A DNA stretch of 64,000 nucleotides. It comes from Paragordius varius (lineage: Eukaryota; Animalia; Nematomorpha). The DNA lies in NCBI GenBank assembly GCA_964247055.1, contig OZ176052.1, forward strand, positions 5,084,001 through 5,148,000, given 5' to 3'. This document shows, one piece after another, positions 1-12,071 of this stretch (its first letter is position 1; every line of letters starts with the position of its first letter). Position numbers and translations under genes: made by a program. Below the pieces are notes generated by a model. That model saw only the letters and a list, made by a program, of their open reading frames with translations. It had not been told where the DNA came from and did not search any database.

Positions 1-386
1 TAGTCTTTAAGGCGCATTCAAAAATATTTAAAAAAATGTAAAATTGTAAAACTTATCTCAAACTTTTCGGCCTTCATGTTTTCTATAAATTTTCTATAAT
101 TCGCTAATGCAATAGGGAAATGTAAATTATGGTTAAATAATGTAAAAAAAATAAAGCCTTTGCTACATTTTACCAGCAAAAACATTATTGATTTTAAAAA
201 TGGGCTGTTAATTTCAATCATGTTTCAGGTCTGTCCCATAGACTGAAGAAATCACAAAACTGCAATAATAGAAGCTTTTTTATCTAAAATAGATAACAAT
301 ATTTGATAATTAATTTTTAACTTAAATAACTTTCAAAACTATAGTAAAAAGTATGCTTTGGTATTTAAAACTACCCAAAAGGTAAT
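1..386 (+). mobile_element. MITE family A, copy 1 (5' end outside the window), upstream of ULK1
   Basis: Shares AAAAAATGTAAAATTGTAAAA...ATCTCAAACTTTT...GCTAATGCAA with 17100-17200 and 43930-44040. Ends TACCCAAAAGGTAAT, the reverse complement of the left end ATTACCTTTTGGG seen in the other copies. Confidence 0.75.
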
Positions 387-817
387 CTCGGACAAACAAA
401 TGAAAGGTATTTATATTAATTTGCACCCATTTCCATGTTTATATTTCCGACTTTAATCTAAATAATACAAACTATTATAAATATTTTTTAATATTTTGAT
501 GGATCAATGTAAAAATATTTCAATATATTCCAAATTTTTAAAATTAACAGGATTGAGTTGTAAACTACCAGATTTTGTAGCAAAATACCTTAGATATGAT
601 TTGATTGTCAACCAAAGTCGATAATTTTTTATATTCTTTTATATAAAATAGGTATTATATATTTTATCGATCAATATAGTGATTCGATTTTCCACATGAC
701 TAAGAACAAAGGGGAAATTATTTCATCATATTACAAACATTTATTCGTTAATAATTGTTTACAATATGATCTGATTATGTAGTTAGCGTCTAAAAGCAAC
801 CCTAATATTTTTTATAT

Positions 818-3800
818 ATGGAGACAATTGGTGAATTTGAATACAGTAAAAAGGATTTGATAGGTCACGGAGCTTTTGCGGTAGTATTCAAGGGAAAACG
901 GAAGGTTTATATATTTTTTAATCGACAGAAGGATGATACAATAGTCGCTATCAAATCAATTACAAAAAAGAACTTATCACGATCTCATAGTTTGCTTGGA
1001 AAAGAGATAAAAATTTTAAAAGTAATTTATACCCATTAATATTTAGGAATTATCACAATTGCGCCATGAAAATGTCGTCCAACTACTGGATTGTAAGGTA
1101 ACTATCATTTAGTATAAATAAATATTCATATATTTATATATTATTTTTTTCAGGAAACATCTACTCAAGTATATCTTATTATGGAGGTAAATTTATATAT
1201 ATATTGTAGTATTGTAATGGCGGTGATTTAGCCGATTATTTGCAAAGTATGGAATTAATGATTTTTAGATAAGGGAACCTTGAGTGAAGACACAATTTCA
1301 CTTTTTTTCCGGCAAGTTGGTGAGTTAATTTTTTAATTGTTACAATCAAAAAATAAAATGTTATAAATAATATTTAACTCTATTTTAGCCGCAGCTTTAA
1401 GAGCGTTAAATGCCAAAGGAATTGTCCATAGAGATTTAAAACCTCAAAATATTCTTTTATGTTATCAGCCAGGCTTCCCAAAACATCCTCATTATGCTAT
1501 ACTAAAAATAGGTTTATTTTATTAATATTTGTTTACATTTAATAGATAAATTAAGTTTTGCGAATTCATCTATATGTTGTACAATTTATTTAGTTGATTT
1601 GTACATTTATTTAATTACTCAAGCAGTAATAAATTAATATTAATTTTTTATGCTTTGTAAATCATCAATAATATCGGTCATGATAACTGTTATTTTAATT
1701 AATTAATTTCACTTTTTAGCCGATTTTGGTTTCGCCCGATTTTTACATGATGGCGTTATGGCTGCGACACTCTGTGGTTCACCCATGTACATGGTAACTC
1801 TCATATATGATATTGATTTTTGAATAAAAAAATCATAATTCTAGAGATTTTTTGGATTTCTTAGATAGTTATTTAATAAATATATAAATTTTTTCGATGA
1901 ATAGTCTAAATTAAGACAATGTTATTTATTTGTAAATTTTAAGGCTCCCGAAGTAATAATGTCTTTACAATATGACGCAAAAGCCGATTTGTGGAGCATT
2001 GGTACGATAATGTTTCAGTGTTTAACGGGAAAAGCACCCTTTCAAGTATTACTCTAGATAAATAAATATTTTTTAATACGGTTACATTACCGACTCATGC
2101 ATATTTTTGTGTTTCTAACAATTATGTATCAAATGTAATAAATATTATAAATTATAAAACTAAAATTAATTAATTTAGTCAATTTATTTGCATGATTGGT
2201 ATTTTGATTAATATTATTCGTTTTTTGAATATTTTTTATGCGATATTATTAAAACACGCAATCGCAACAACTTAATAGATTTTTATGCTCTTACAATATA
2301 TCTAAATGTAAAATTAATTGTTACATAAACACAACATTTGCCTTTTAGAGAATATTTATTTTAAATAATATTTCAAACAATTTTTTTTTCTGCAAGGCAC
2401 AAAGTCCCCAAGCCCTTAAAGCTTATTACGAAAAAAATCCAAATCTTAAACCGAACATCCCGACTAGCACATCAGCTGATTTAAAAGCTCTCCTTTTAAG
2501 GCTTTTACGCCGAAATGCGCGTGACCGAATGGAGTTTGGTAATTACATATCTTGCAATATCATAAATATGTTAAATTATTTAGCATTAGTTCAAATTTTT
2601 GCCTGTTAAATAATTAATTGAAATTTAAGATAGCGATTTGACATCAGAGTTTTGTTATTGTCAAATATTTATAAAATATTTAGCTTTTATCTTACGTAAG
2701 CAATAATAATCAAATTAAACACATATATCATTGCTATATAATGCCAAAATGATTTATTGTCCAGTAAATTATATGCATGTTAACAAAAAATAAATGACAT
2801 CATTTTTTATCCTGCATTTGTGTAAAATAAATAGTTAATGTAAATTTGGACTAAATTTGTTTAAAATTTTTTTTTCCACTTTAGCCACGTGTTTTGTATA
2901 CATCACAATAATTAATTTTTTTTATATAAATTTTAGATGAATTCTTTAATGACAAATTTTTCCACCAATCATTATCACCGAAAGGTAATATATATTTTAC
3001 TAATTATATTTGCACTATCTATTCTTTGGAGTGGTTATTATTTGGTATTTCCAAAAATATACATAATAATTTTAAAATATGTTAACCTAAATGTACATTT
3101 TTTATTTAAATTTTAAGAAAATTGGCGTCAAATATGCTACAGTCGCGGTTTAAATAATACAAATTTAAAACTGTGAGCAAAAAAGTTAATAAAATTAGCC
3201 TTTTTTGAATTTTATTTTTAACCAATATTTGTCTATATTAAAATAATATGTTAATTTCTTTTTTAATATACAGTATGCACATTTATGCTATCTTATTCAC
3301 ACTATAATTGGCAACTGAAATAAAACAATACATCAAAATGTTGAAATTAAACAATACTTTCCAATCTTACATTACTTTGTTCATTTAAATATGGATAAAA
3401 TTTGTGTCATAACACACTCTACTGTAGATACAAATTGACCAACAATAATGTAAATAAACCAGCATATATGTGCATACTGTATGCTCATATAATAAAATAA
3501 ATATTTCATATCATTCAATTTTTCATATAATACCATCATTTTACAGTTAGTGGCAATAATTCACCTCTTACCTCACCATACCTTGGTGGTGGTGGCGGTG
3601 GTAACAATAGTCCTCAAAACCATCCGAAAATGTTAATTATGAATCAAAATTTAACACAAAATTACGCTTGTAACAAAAAACAAAATCAACCTGTTGCTAT
3701 ACATCATTATGTGCCCCTATCTCCCTTAACTAATGTTAACACTCCTACAAATGTTTTAAGGCACAATAGTGGTGTAGATCCAAATAGAGTAATTAAACAA

Positions 3801-4267
3801 CCATCATCGTCAACAATCCCTTTGTTGAATCAAAAAGTGTTTACGGATACGCTTAAAAACAATAATCTCATTTCAACAGTAATTAGTTCTTTTTTTTATA
3901 GATGATAAAATTATATATTTCCAAATTTGAATGTGGTTTTCTTTTTGAATTTTTCATATGCTATAATATTTTTAAAATCTATGCATATATATATATATAT
4001 ATATAATGGCTTTAATTTATTATACAGTAAGATAACCAATTGATCACGTAAAAACTAATGAATATTTAAATGAAAAAATGATTAGCACATGGTTAAAAAG
4101 ATGCTAAATTTGAAAGTAGATACAACAGGAAGGATTCATTAAGGGTATATGGTGTATTATATCTTTTTAGTGCTGATCATTTTTTTCATTTGGATATTCT
4201 TTTTTTTCGTGATCGTTTTAAACTAAATATATATAGTATATTCCATATATAGCTATTAATTGTCATT

Positions 4268-4321
<54 letters not shown>

Positions 4322-7300
4322 AATTTAGTTATAAATATTTGATTTTATATTACATTTCAAAAATATGAGTTATATTTAACACATAAATTTTTTATTTCTT
4401 AAAAGGGCAATAAAGTTGCTCAAAACAATGATTCTGTGTATTGTCATTCGACGCATCATACTCAGTCACCTAAATCAAATATGCGTGATAGTATAATGGA
4501 TCGTACTATGATGTATGAGAATCAACTTTCACCAACTACCTCAATCAAAAAGGTTTATTACATGAAATTTCAACTACTTTAGTTTTAACAATTTGAATTT
4601 TTAATTAAAGCATTAAATTTCGTCTATTAATGATGAATAAAAATATACCAAATTGTAAAACATTTTAACATTTTGAATGTTATGATCTCTTAATTTTAAT
4701 GTTATAATAGGAAACTATGGTGAATAAAAATCTGCCCAATATTAACAGTAACAACAATAATAATAGTATCAGTGGTAGAAACCGTGTACGTTATACATCA
4801 GCCACTGTAACCAATAATACCAATAAAAATAATTTACATTCATCGCCTCTAAAGATTAATAAATCACTTTTATCAACTGACCCCAATCTCAAACAAGATG
4901 ATACGGGTAAAAATGTTGTCGTGAACATTATGAAACGGATTGATATATCGCCCACGTCAAAAAACAGTAGTAACGCTAATATGCCCCTAACTAACAATAA
5001 TAAGCAGAAAGAACAAATAGCTAAAAATGAACATTGGAAAAATCCAAATAACCACCTTTTAACATCACCAAAAGTGTCTGGGTACGATACACGGCGTCAA
5101 AGTTATCGTTCAGAAGATTTCCCTTCACAAAATTGTACCATCAATATTGATGTATAATATAAGTGTTTTACAAATTAAATTTGTTGCTAAAGATTTTTAA
5201 AAGAGGATTTAAATAAAAAAGGGTATCAAGGATTAGAAACTATTGACGTGATTTTTGGGCGAATAGGAATTTTTTACCCTATGGATGTAAACCAACTTTT
5301 CATTATAATAAAAATATAAGCAAAAATTGTTACATTATATTCATCCAGGGATATAATCATTGCAATTTTAAACCGATTTTTTATACATTTGTAGACTATT
5401 CTAATTGTTTGGATAATATTTTTGTTTAATAAATAGAGATAATTTTACATACCGCACATATTTGTATATGTATATTTAGTTATTTATTTGACTTTTAGAA
5501 TGGAATCTAAAAATTATTTTGTAAATAATTTGTGCATCAACCATAATATTTAGATAATTTGTATTAATAAACACAGGATAATCTATTGAAGGGATACGTG
5601 GTTGTAACCGAAACATCTGGTATACCCACAACGGATTATAAAGGTAGATTTATTATCAATTAAACATAGTTTTTTACAATATTTATTACTCACTTTTATA
5701 CGGTGAAACGTATATACTAAAAAGGAGAAAAATTATAAACCAAGGAAAAAAATAAGAATATTGCTAAAATACCTTTTTTAAATAAAATAATTCAAAATGT
5801 TTTAACAAACGAACTTCAGTTCACACATCTTTGTTAAGATCAATTGTCATGTAGTATCATTGTAACACACACACACACATTTGGTTTCAATACAAAAACA
5901 TTTACATTATAAGCAAGTCTCAACCCAAATTCAAATTTATAATAATTTTATATATATATATATATATATTACTTTAATAATTTGGCACAATTTATATGTG
6001 ATTTGATAATTCTAGGAAATGTCAGTGGAATAAAGAAAACAATAATGAAAACTGTAACAAGCAAGTACGCATCTTTTTACACCCAAATTAATTACAATAT
6101 AGTTTTATACCTAGTTTTATATTTTTTAAATTCGCCTAATGAGGTAATATTGTAAAAGAATATTATAATTTGATTTAGAATGTTTTTTTTTCATCAAAAT
6201 ATGAATTTTTAAATTTAATCTGTCTATTTATTTGTTACATATATTTTAAAAGCTTTTGTTTTAAATTATAACCGTAATATGGATATATACTAAATTAACT
6301 AGTCTTTATTCGAAAAAAAATTATATCATTTTATAATAAAATAATGCTGAGATCTCTTTTGCTTTAAACCTTCAATTTTATTGTGTCACAACTGCATCCA
6401 AATTTCAAAGCTAATATAAATATCTGTTATTTATTTAACTCAATTTCTATTTTTATATACCAAATTAAATTATTTTTATAAAAATTTTAATTTTATTAGT
6501 TTAATGTCACCATCCTTTTCTTCTGCCAACAATTTAATCAACAAAAATATTAATGATCCGTGTAATACTTCAAATGTTAAATCTTCACCCAAAGTAGATT
6601 CAACTCATAAGGTTACAAAGGTATAAATACTCCATAATTTTTAACATTTTGTCCAACTTTAATTTTATTATCTCTTTTATTTATTTTTATATTTTTATAC
6701 GTTTGGTTATAATATTCTTGTATGGTTATTTATATTTTGGTTGCATTAATTCCATATCCAAAATTGATTAAGGATTGTATCTCTGATGGATAAATTAAAA
6801 TCAATATTTGATGAAATTAACAAATCTGAAACAATAAATCGGGTCAAAAATATATTCAATTAAATATTTTGTAATCAATTACAATTGTTTTATATCATAA
6901 TTTCCTATTTATACATTTTAAACACGACTTTTTTGCTTTTTAGGATCAAAATCTTGCAACAACGCCATTGTCTCCAAAAAAGTATGTGGCTAGCACTGAA
7001 CCCATACCTGTCATGTCTCGGGCCACGTCGTTCCAAAAGGCTCTGAGGGAAAAGGCTCAACAAAAGGCAGCTCTTGAAGCCGCTTTCAATGCTAATTATT
7101 TGCCTTCCACAACACAAAATGACAAACTTGAATCGGTATTATTATTTTTTTTTGCATGATTGGTTTTTGGAGTGTTTGGGCGGCTATATAAACTGACATA
7201 TTTGAATTATTGTAAATGGGTGTAGTTTTAAGGGTAAAATATAACCTCAAAATTGTTTTCCCCCCCAACAAGGATATTAATTTAGTTAAGGGTAAAAAAT

Positions 7301-10300
7301 AACCTAACGGCCAAAAAATAAGAATCAAAATATAATTGGAAATAAAATTGATATATATTTCATAAAATGTTAATATAATATATATAATTAGTGTTAATTA
7401 TATTTTTCAGACTGAAGATACACCAAGTGTTTCCGAACAAACTGACACGAACATCAAATCATCTCAAAGTATAAACAATAAAGAATCTTCTTATAATTCG
7501 GTCATTCAATGCTCTAATACGCCGTTCGCAGAAAAAGTATCATTTTATTTTAGCATTTTAACCATGGAGATTAAGTTAAAATTAGAGCTAGTTGTACAGG
7601 TGCAATATACTCGTTAGAAAATCATTACAGTTTTTATTTATAATTAATTTTCTTATAAACTTTTGGAGGGGTTATTATCATATTTTGGATTTGATATTAC
7701 ATATAAATTTCCAATGATCATATATTAATATATATAAATAAAAAACATTTACTTAGTAATTAATTTAATATTTAACAGAATGTATATGTGCACTCTGGAA
7801 AATAGTGTTAAATTCTAAAAACATCAAATACTATCAAATAGAATTTATTTATGATTAGAGTTCCCTTTACCATATATCCACTTTTTTTATTCTTGGATAT
7901 AAGAAATTTCAAAATCTGATATTATAATTTGTATACATTTTAATAAAATTATTTACCTATTTTTTTTTTATTCCAGCGTTTTATTATTTTTGTCGAGATC
8001 TTACTTTAGAGTATAGTAAATATGTTATATATTTACTATACAGTGTTTTAATAAAAGTACTGATTTAATTGTCTCGTTTTTTTCCTCATGTTCCCTTGCC
8101 CGTACTTGCTTGAGTCTTCTATTATTAGTTACACACAACTAATTATAAATTAATTTTGTTGGTTGGGTTAGTAAATGTTCTAAATAATAATTTTTTTGAA
8201 AGATATTTTGACGAAATATAAAAGTAAAAATTAGTATACGAATATGCGAAATGTGATGGATATATTATTATTCCCAAAAATTCAAACAAGTTATTAATTG
8301 ATTCCAATAAAAATTTATCATTGGAAGAATCAAAATTTTGCCACACGTGTTTAGCATAGTTTTGACAAACATAACAAAAATTGGAAATTGCTAAATTTTT
8401 TCTTTCTGTACATTACCTGTATTTTAACAAAAGATAAAGTGATATATAATAATTCCACCTATTATATTTGGAGCAATTATTTTGCTAATATATTAGACAA
8501 AATCTAGATTAAAATTATATATATACTCAATACTTTTTTGTTGTTCATATTAAATTTTAATAATATTTTCAAAACATATGCCGATTAATTGTTTATTATT
8601 ATATGCATTAATTACGGACTTTGGTGAGCGGAATGGTAATATGCGAAGACAAGGGATACTTCAACCGTAAAAGAGCTTAATTTTGGTTTAATGTTGAAAA
8701 CTAGTAAATATGGGGAAATTTGTAAGGTTGTCTAACAATCGTTTTTTTTGTGAATAATATTTTATACATTTCTTAAAAACAATTCTATTTTACATTGAGT
8801 TTATTTTATCAATCCCATATTTTAATGATATATAGTAAAAAAGTTGTGCTTGGAGCTATATATATGTATATTTATTTTTCATTTGACAAAGATTACTTGT
8901 AGTAATCGAAAATTCACTTTAATAAATTTATTCAATTATAGAGCTGAATTAATTATATTTTTAAAATTTGTTTTATTTTAGCCTGATCAATCATGTAGTC
9001 AACAGCCCCCTAGCCCAAAGCTTTCATCTTCTCCATATAAGGAGTTCAATTTGAAATTGACAGATTTATCAATTCCAACAGGTATTATAGAATTTTTATA
9101 TACACTTTTGATTTAAAATATTATTATTATTTAAATTGCAAATTATACATCTTTTATATTTATAAAAATAATTAATATTTTTGGTCAAATTTTATATATT
9201 AACTCTTATTTATGGATTAAAATATGTATTAATTATTTTAATTGGCCTAATAAAACACTAAACATATAATCTACTAAATATATAGTTAGCTATGCCAATC
9301 TTTCTGAAAACAACAAGACAAAATTAAATTTTCATGGAACTAATGGTAATCCTATGTATATATTATTAATCTGGTCCTGATACTTTAATTTCGTCATAAT
9401 TGTTGATCTTATTATGTTTGGGGGACTTTTTAGACCTTTAAAACGAAAAACAGATAAATTAAGTTAGTAAGATTAGATTTTACCAGTCAAAAATTAATAG
9501 CTTGTTTAACTCCTTATAAATTAATCATGATCTTAATTAGTCAAATAATTCTCCAATCATAATTATTTTGTAACTACATAGAAAACGAATCATCAAAAAC
9601 GTTAATGACATATAGATAGCATATATTGGTTATAATCATACTCTAATATTTATAAAAATATCCCTTTTCTAAAATTAAGTTAACCAACTATATATTTATA
9701 AACAAGTTTTGTTATAATATAAAGAATAATACTCCTTTGTTGAGACTTTTAGTAATTTCTATTATTGTTCGGAAAACCACCGCTGAGCCTTTGTTATCGT
9801 GTTTTTTTACTGAAAATTTATACTTTTTCGTGGTGATGTTTGCATTTTTTAGCACCATGCATTTTTGTAAGCACCTAATTTAAATGTTAAGAAAAAATAT
9901 TTGTAATATGATTTTTCAATTTTATGTGAAATCACTCTTTACTGAATTAATGGGTCGATTTAAAATAAAATCTTTAGCATATAAAAAAGGTAAAAATTAT
10001 TTTGTTCTTCATTCTAAAATTTTGTCGTTTTTAACATAATTTATTAATTATTTAAAATATTAAACTAATTTTATTTTTTAGTACAACTCACAGATTCGAT
10101 TCCATACATCGATCCTATGGATTTTTCCGAGGAAGTTTTGTTAGAGGTATCCAAATATTTCTTATTTTCTTAAGTTAAATAATGTATAATTGTAATTTTT
10201 TAAAGGCCTGTATAAATTATTTTTTACCTTATTTAATTTATTTATTATATTTATAGCAAGAGCACAATGATATGTTGGCCAAACTTAATTTTGTCCACGT

Positions 10301-12071
10301 TTTGGTTGAATGTATCTTAGAAATTATTTCCTTCAAAAAATCGCCCTTTCACAAATATCTTTTTGAAGAGACCGAGGACGTTTATGAGGTAAACTTTTTT
10401 ATTTGTTAAAGATTATATTTTTAGCAATTAAATATATCTTTAAATAATTATAATTTGGAAATTTATTCAGAAAACAGCCAATAGTCCCAAGAAAATTAAC
10501 CATATCAAAGCAGCTCTATTCCCCACAAGCAGTCAAACAATCATTGAAGAAAATTTGAAAAACGAAATTGATATCTTGACTCTTTATCTGCACATCCTTC
10601 AAATTTTAAATGCTACACTAGAAACTGCAAATGAAGAAATTCAAATTGGTCGATTACAGCTATCTACTACCGTAAAATCAAGTATTTTTTATACTTTTTG
10701 AATAGTATATTAATTTTAAAAAAAACAAAATTTACATATTATTTGTTCGTAAAATACATAATCGTTCTTTTTTGTTATGATATATATTAATAATTTATTA
10801 TTAGTCACGAATTCTCTCAATGCCATATACAATGAATGTTTAACCATATCTCAAGTTTACATAAAAAATATCAAAGTTCTTGAGGGAGAATTAACCAAAA
10901 AAATTGATAGTAAATCATTATCTCAAAAGCAAGAATCGAAAAATGATTTGCCTGTTGTGCCTGTGACTTCAGCCGAAAATTTAATTTATCAATATTCGAT
11001 ACATCTGGTAAAAAGTTTTTTTGTTTGCTATTTAACTTAATTTTCGGATGCACATTGTAATGTGAATGTATTAAGTTTTCATATATTTTAAAATCTCCTT
11101 TTCTTTAACTTTTTTACATGCATAAATAGTGTCAAGCCGCTGTATTGGATGAATTGTTTGGAGCACCGAAAGATGTAATTTTTCAATTTATTATTCATGT
11201 AATTAATGGAAAAAAATATTAATCCTAATGTATTCAATATTTTTGAAAGTGATTCTATGTATTGCGTGATTGGATTAGTTTATTCATATATGGCATAATA
11301 ATTATCTTAGCCAAGTGTTCTTTGAGTTTTTTGTACGCATTAACTATTCATATGTTTATGGGCAAATTATAATATGTCTCGAGCTATATATTATACTTTT
11401 TTCGTTTAGATTAAAGTGATAATATGATATTTATTTTATTGCCGTTATCATATTGCCCCACTTACTGTTTGGGGTCTTTTGCGTAGAGAAAAATCTGCTT
11501 TAAATCACTTCTTTATAATTAAAAAATTCTCATCACCCAAAACTACTTACAAATAAAAGTGTTATTGCATGATAAAAATACCATTTGTAAATATAAAAAC
11601 ATAAATAATTAAAATATTATGATATTTCACATATAAGATGTTCATCTATTATATTTAGTGCCTTGAAAAGTATCACAAAGCTCATATAATGTTACATACC
11701 CTTCATCAACAAACACTATCTGAACCAGACAGTCCGGATGAAAGATTACTGCGTCAACGTAAATATTATTACTATTTTTTATTTTTTTATCGGATTTTAT
11801 TGGGGTTAAAAGATAGTTTCTTTGGTGGAGAGGTTTAATATTTTAGCTTTCTTTGAGCTTTTTTATACACGTTTACATGCCAGGAAACTGTGTTTGATAT
11901 ACTCGATTATATATTTTTATTTACCAATTGCATATATTAACAATAATATTACTATTTAATATATAACTTATTACATACTTAACTTTTATTTTTTTCATTT
12001 TAGTAAAAAACAGTGTAGAAACTCGGCTAGGCACGGTGGGAGCCAAAAAGAAGTTACAATACACTTCGTAA
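818..12071 (+). CDS. ULK1: Serine/threonine kinase Atg1/ULK1 (unc-51-like), 27 coding exons
   Basis: Phase-consistent exons: 818-904, 929-1021, 1047-1097, 1154-1186, 1210-1246, 1269-1319, 1389-1511, 1720-1793, 1944-2045, 2397-2538, 2937-2984, 3547-3878, 4406-4552, 4711-5151, 5577-5643, 6016-6064, 6500-6620, 6944-7135, 7411-7536, 8982-9081, 10082-10146, 10257-10388, 10471-10681, 10805-11007, 11130-11174, 11659-11758, 12004-12071. Kinase motifs [54 protein letters not shown]-terminal MIT-like domain motifs [33 protein letters not shown]. Exons in the low-complexity middle are less certain. Confidence 0.96.
905..928 (+). other. 24-nt GT-AG micro-intron (ULK1 intron 1)
   Basis: gtttatatattttttaatcgacag. 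Removal gives KGKRK|KDDTIVAIK, matching ULK family spacing. It is 3n and stop-free, so retention cannot be excluded. Confidence 0.8.
1022..1046 (+). other. 25-nt GT-AG micro-intron (ULK1 intron 2)
   Basis: gtaatttatacccattaatatttag. Removal is required to join KEIKILK|[11 protein letters not shown]; retention hits TAA. Confidence 0.93.
1187..1209 (+). other. 23-nt GT-AG micro-intron (ULK1 intron 4)
   Basis: gtaaatttatatatatattgtag. Required to join the conserved YLIME|[11 protein letters not shown]. Confidence 0.93.
1247..1268 (+). other. 22-nt GT-AG micro-intron (ULK1 intron 5)
   Basis: gtatggaattaatgatttttag. Required to join DYLQ-N|KGTLSEDTI (phase 1). Confidence 0.93.
4271..4316. repeat. 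(AT)n microsatellite (others at about 3985, 5949, 12472, 19948, 34401-34440, 40503-40534, 59995-60021, 61075-61092)
   Basis: Directly visible. Confidence 0.95.

Noticed and set aside
8882-8912. 30-bp sequence with hairpin GATTAC-ttgta-GTAATC, repeated in reverse at about 15137-15166
   Set aside because: Probably a fragment of a dispersed repeat; no Helitron CTRR end or other defining terminus.
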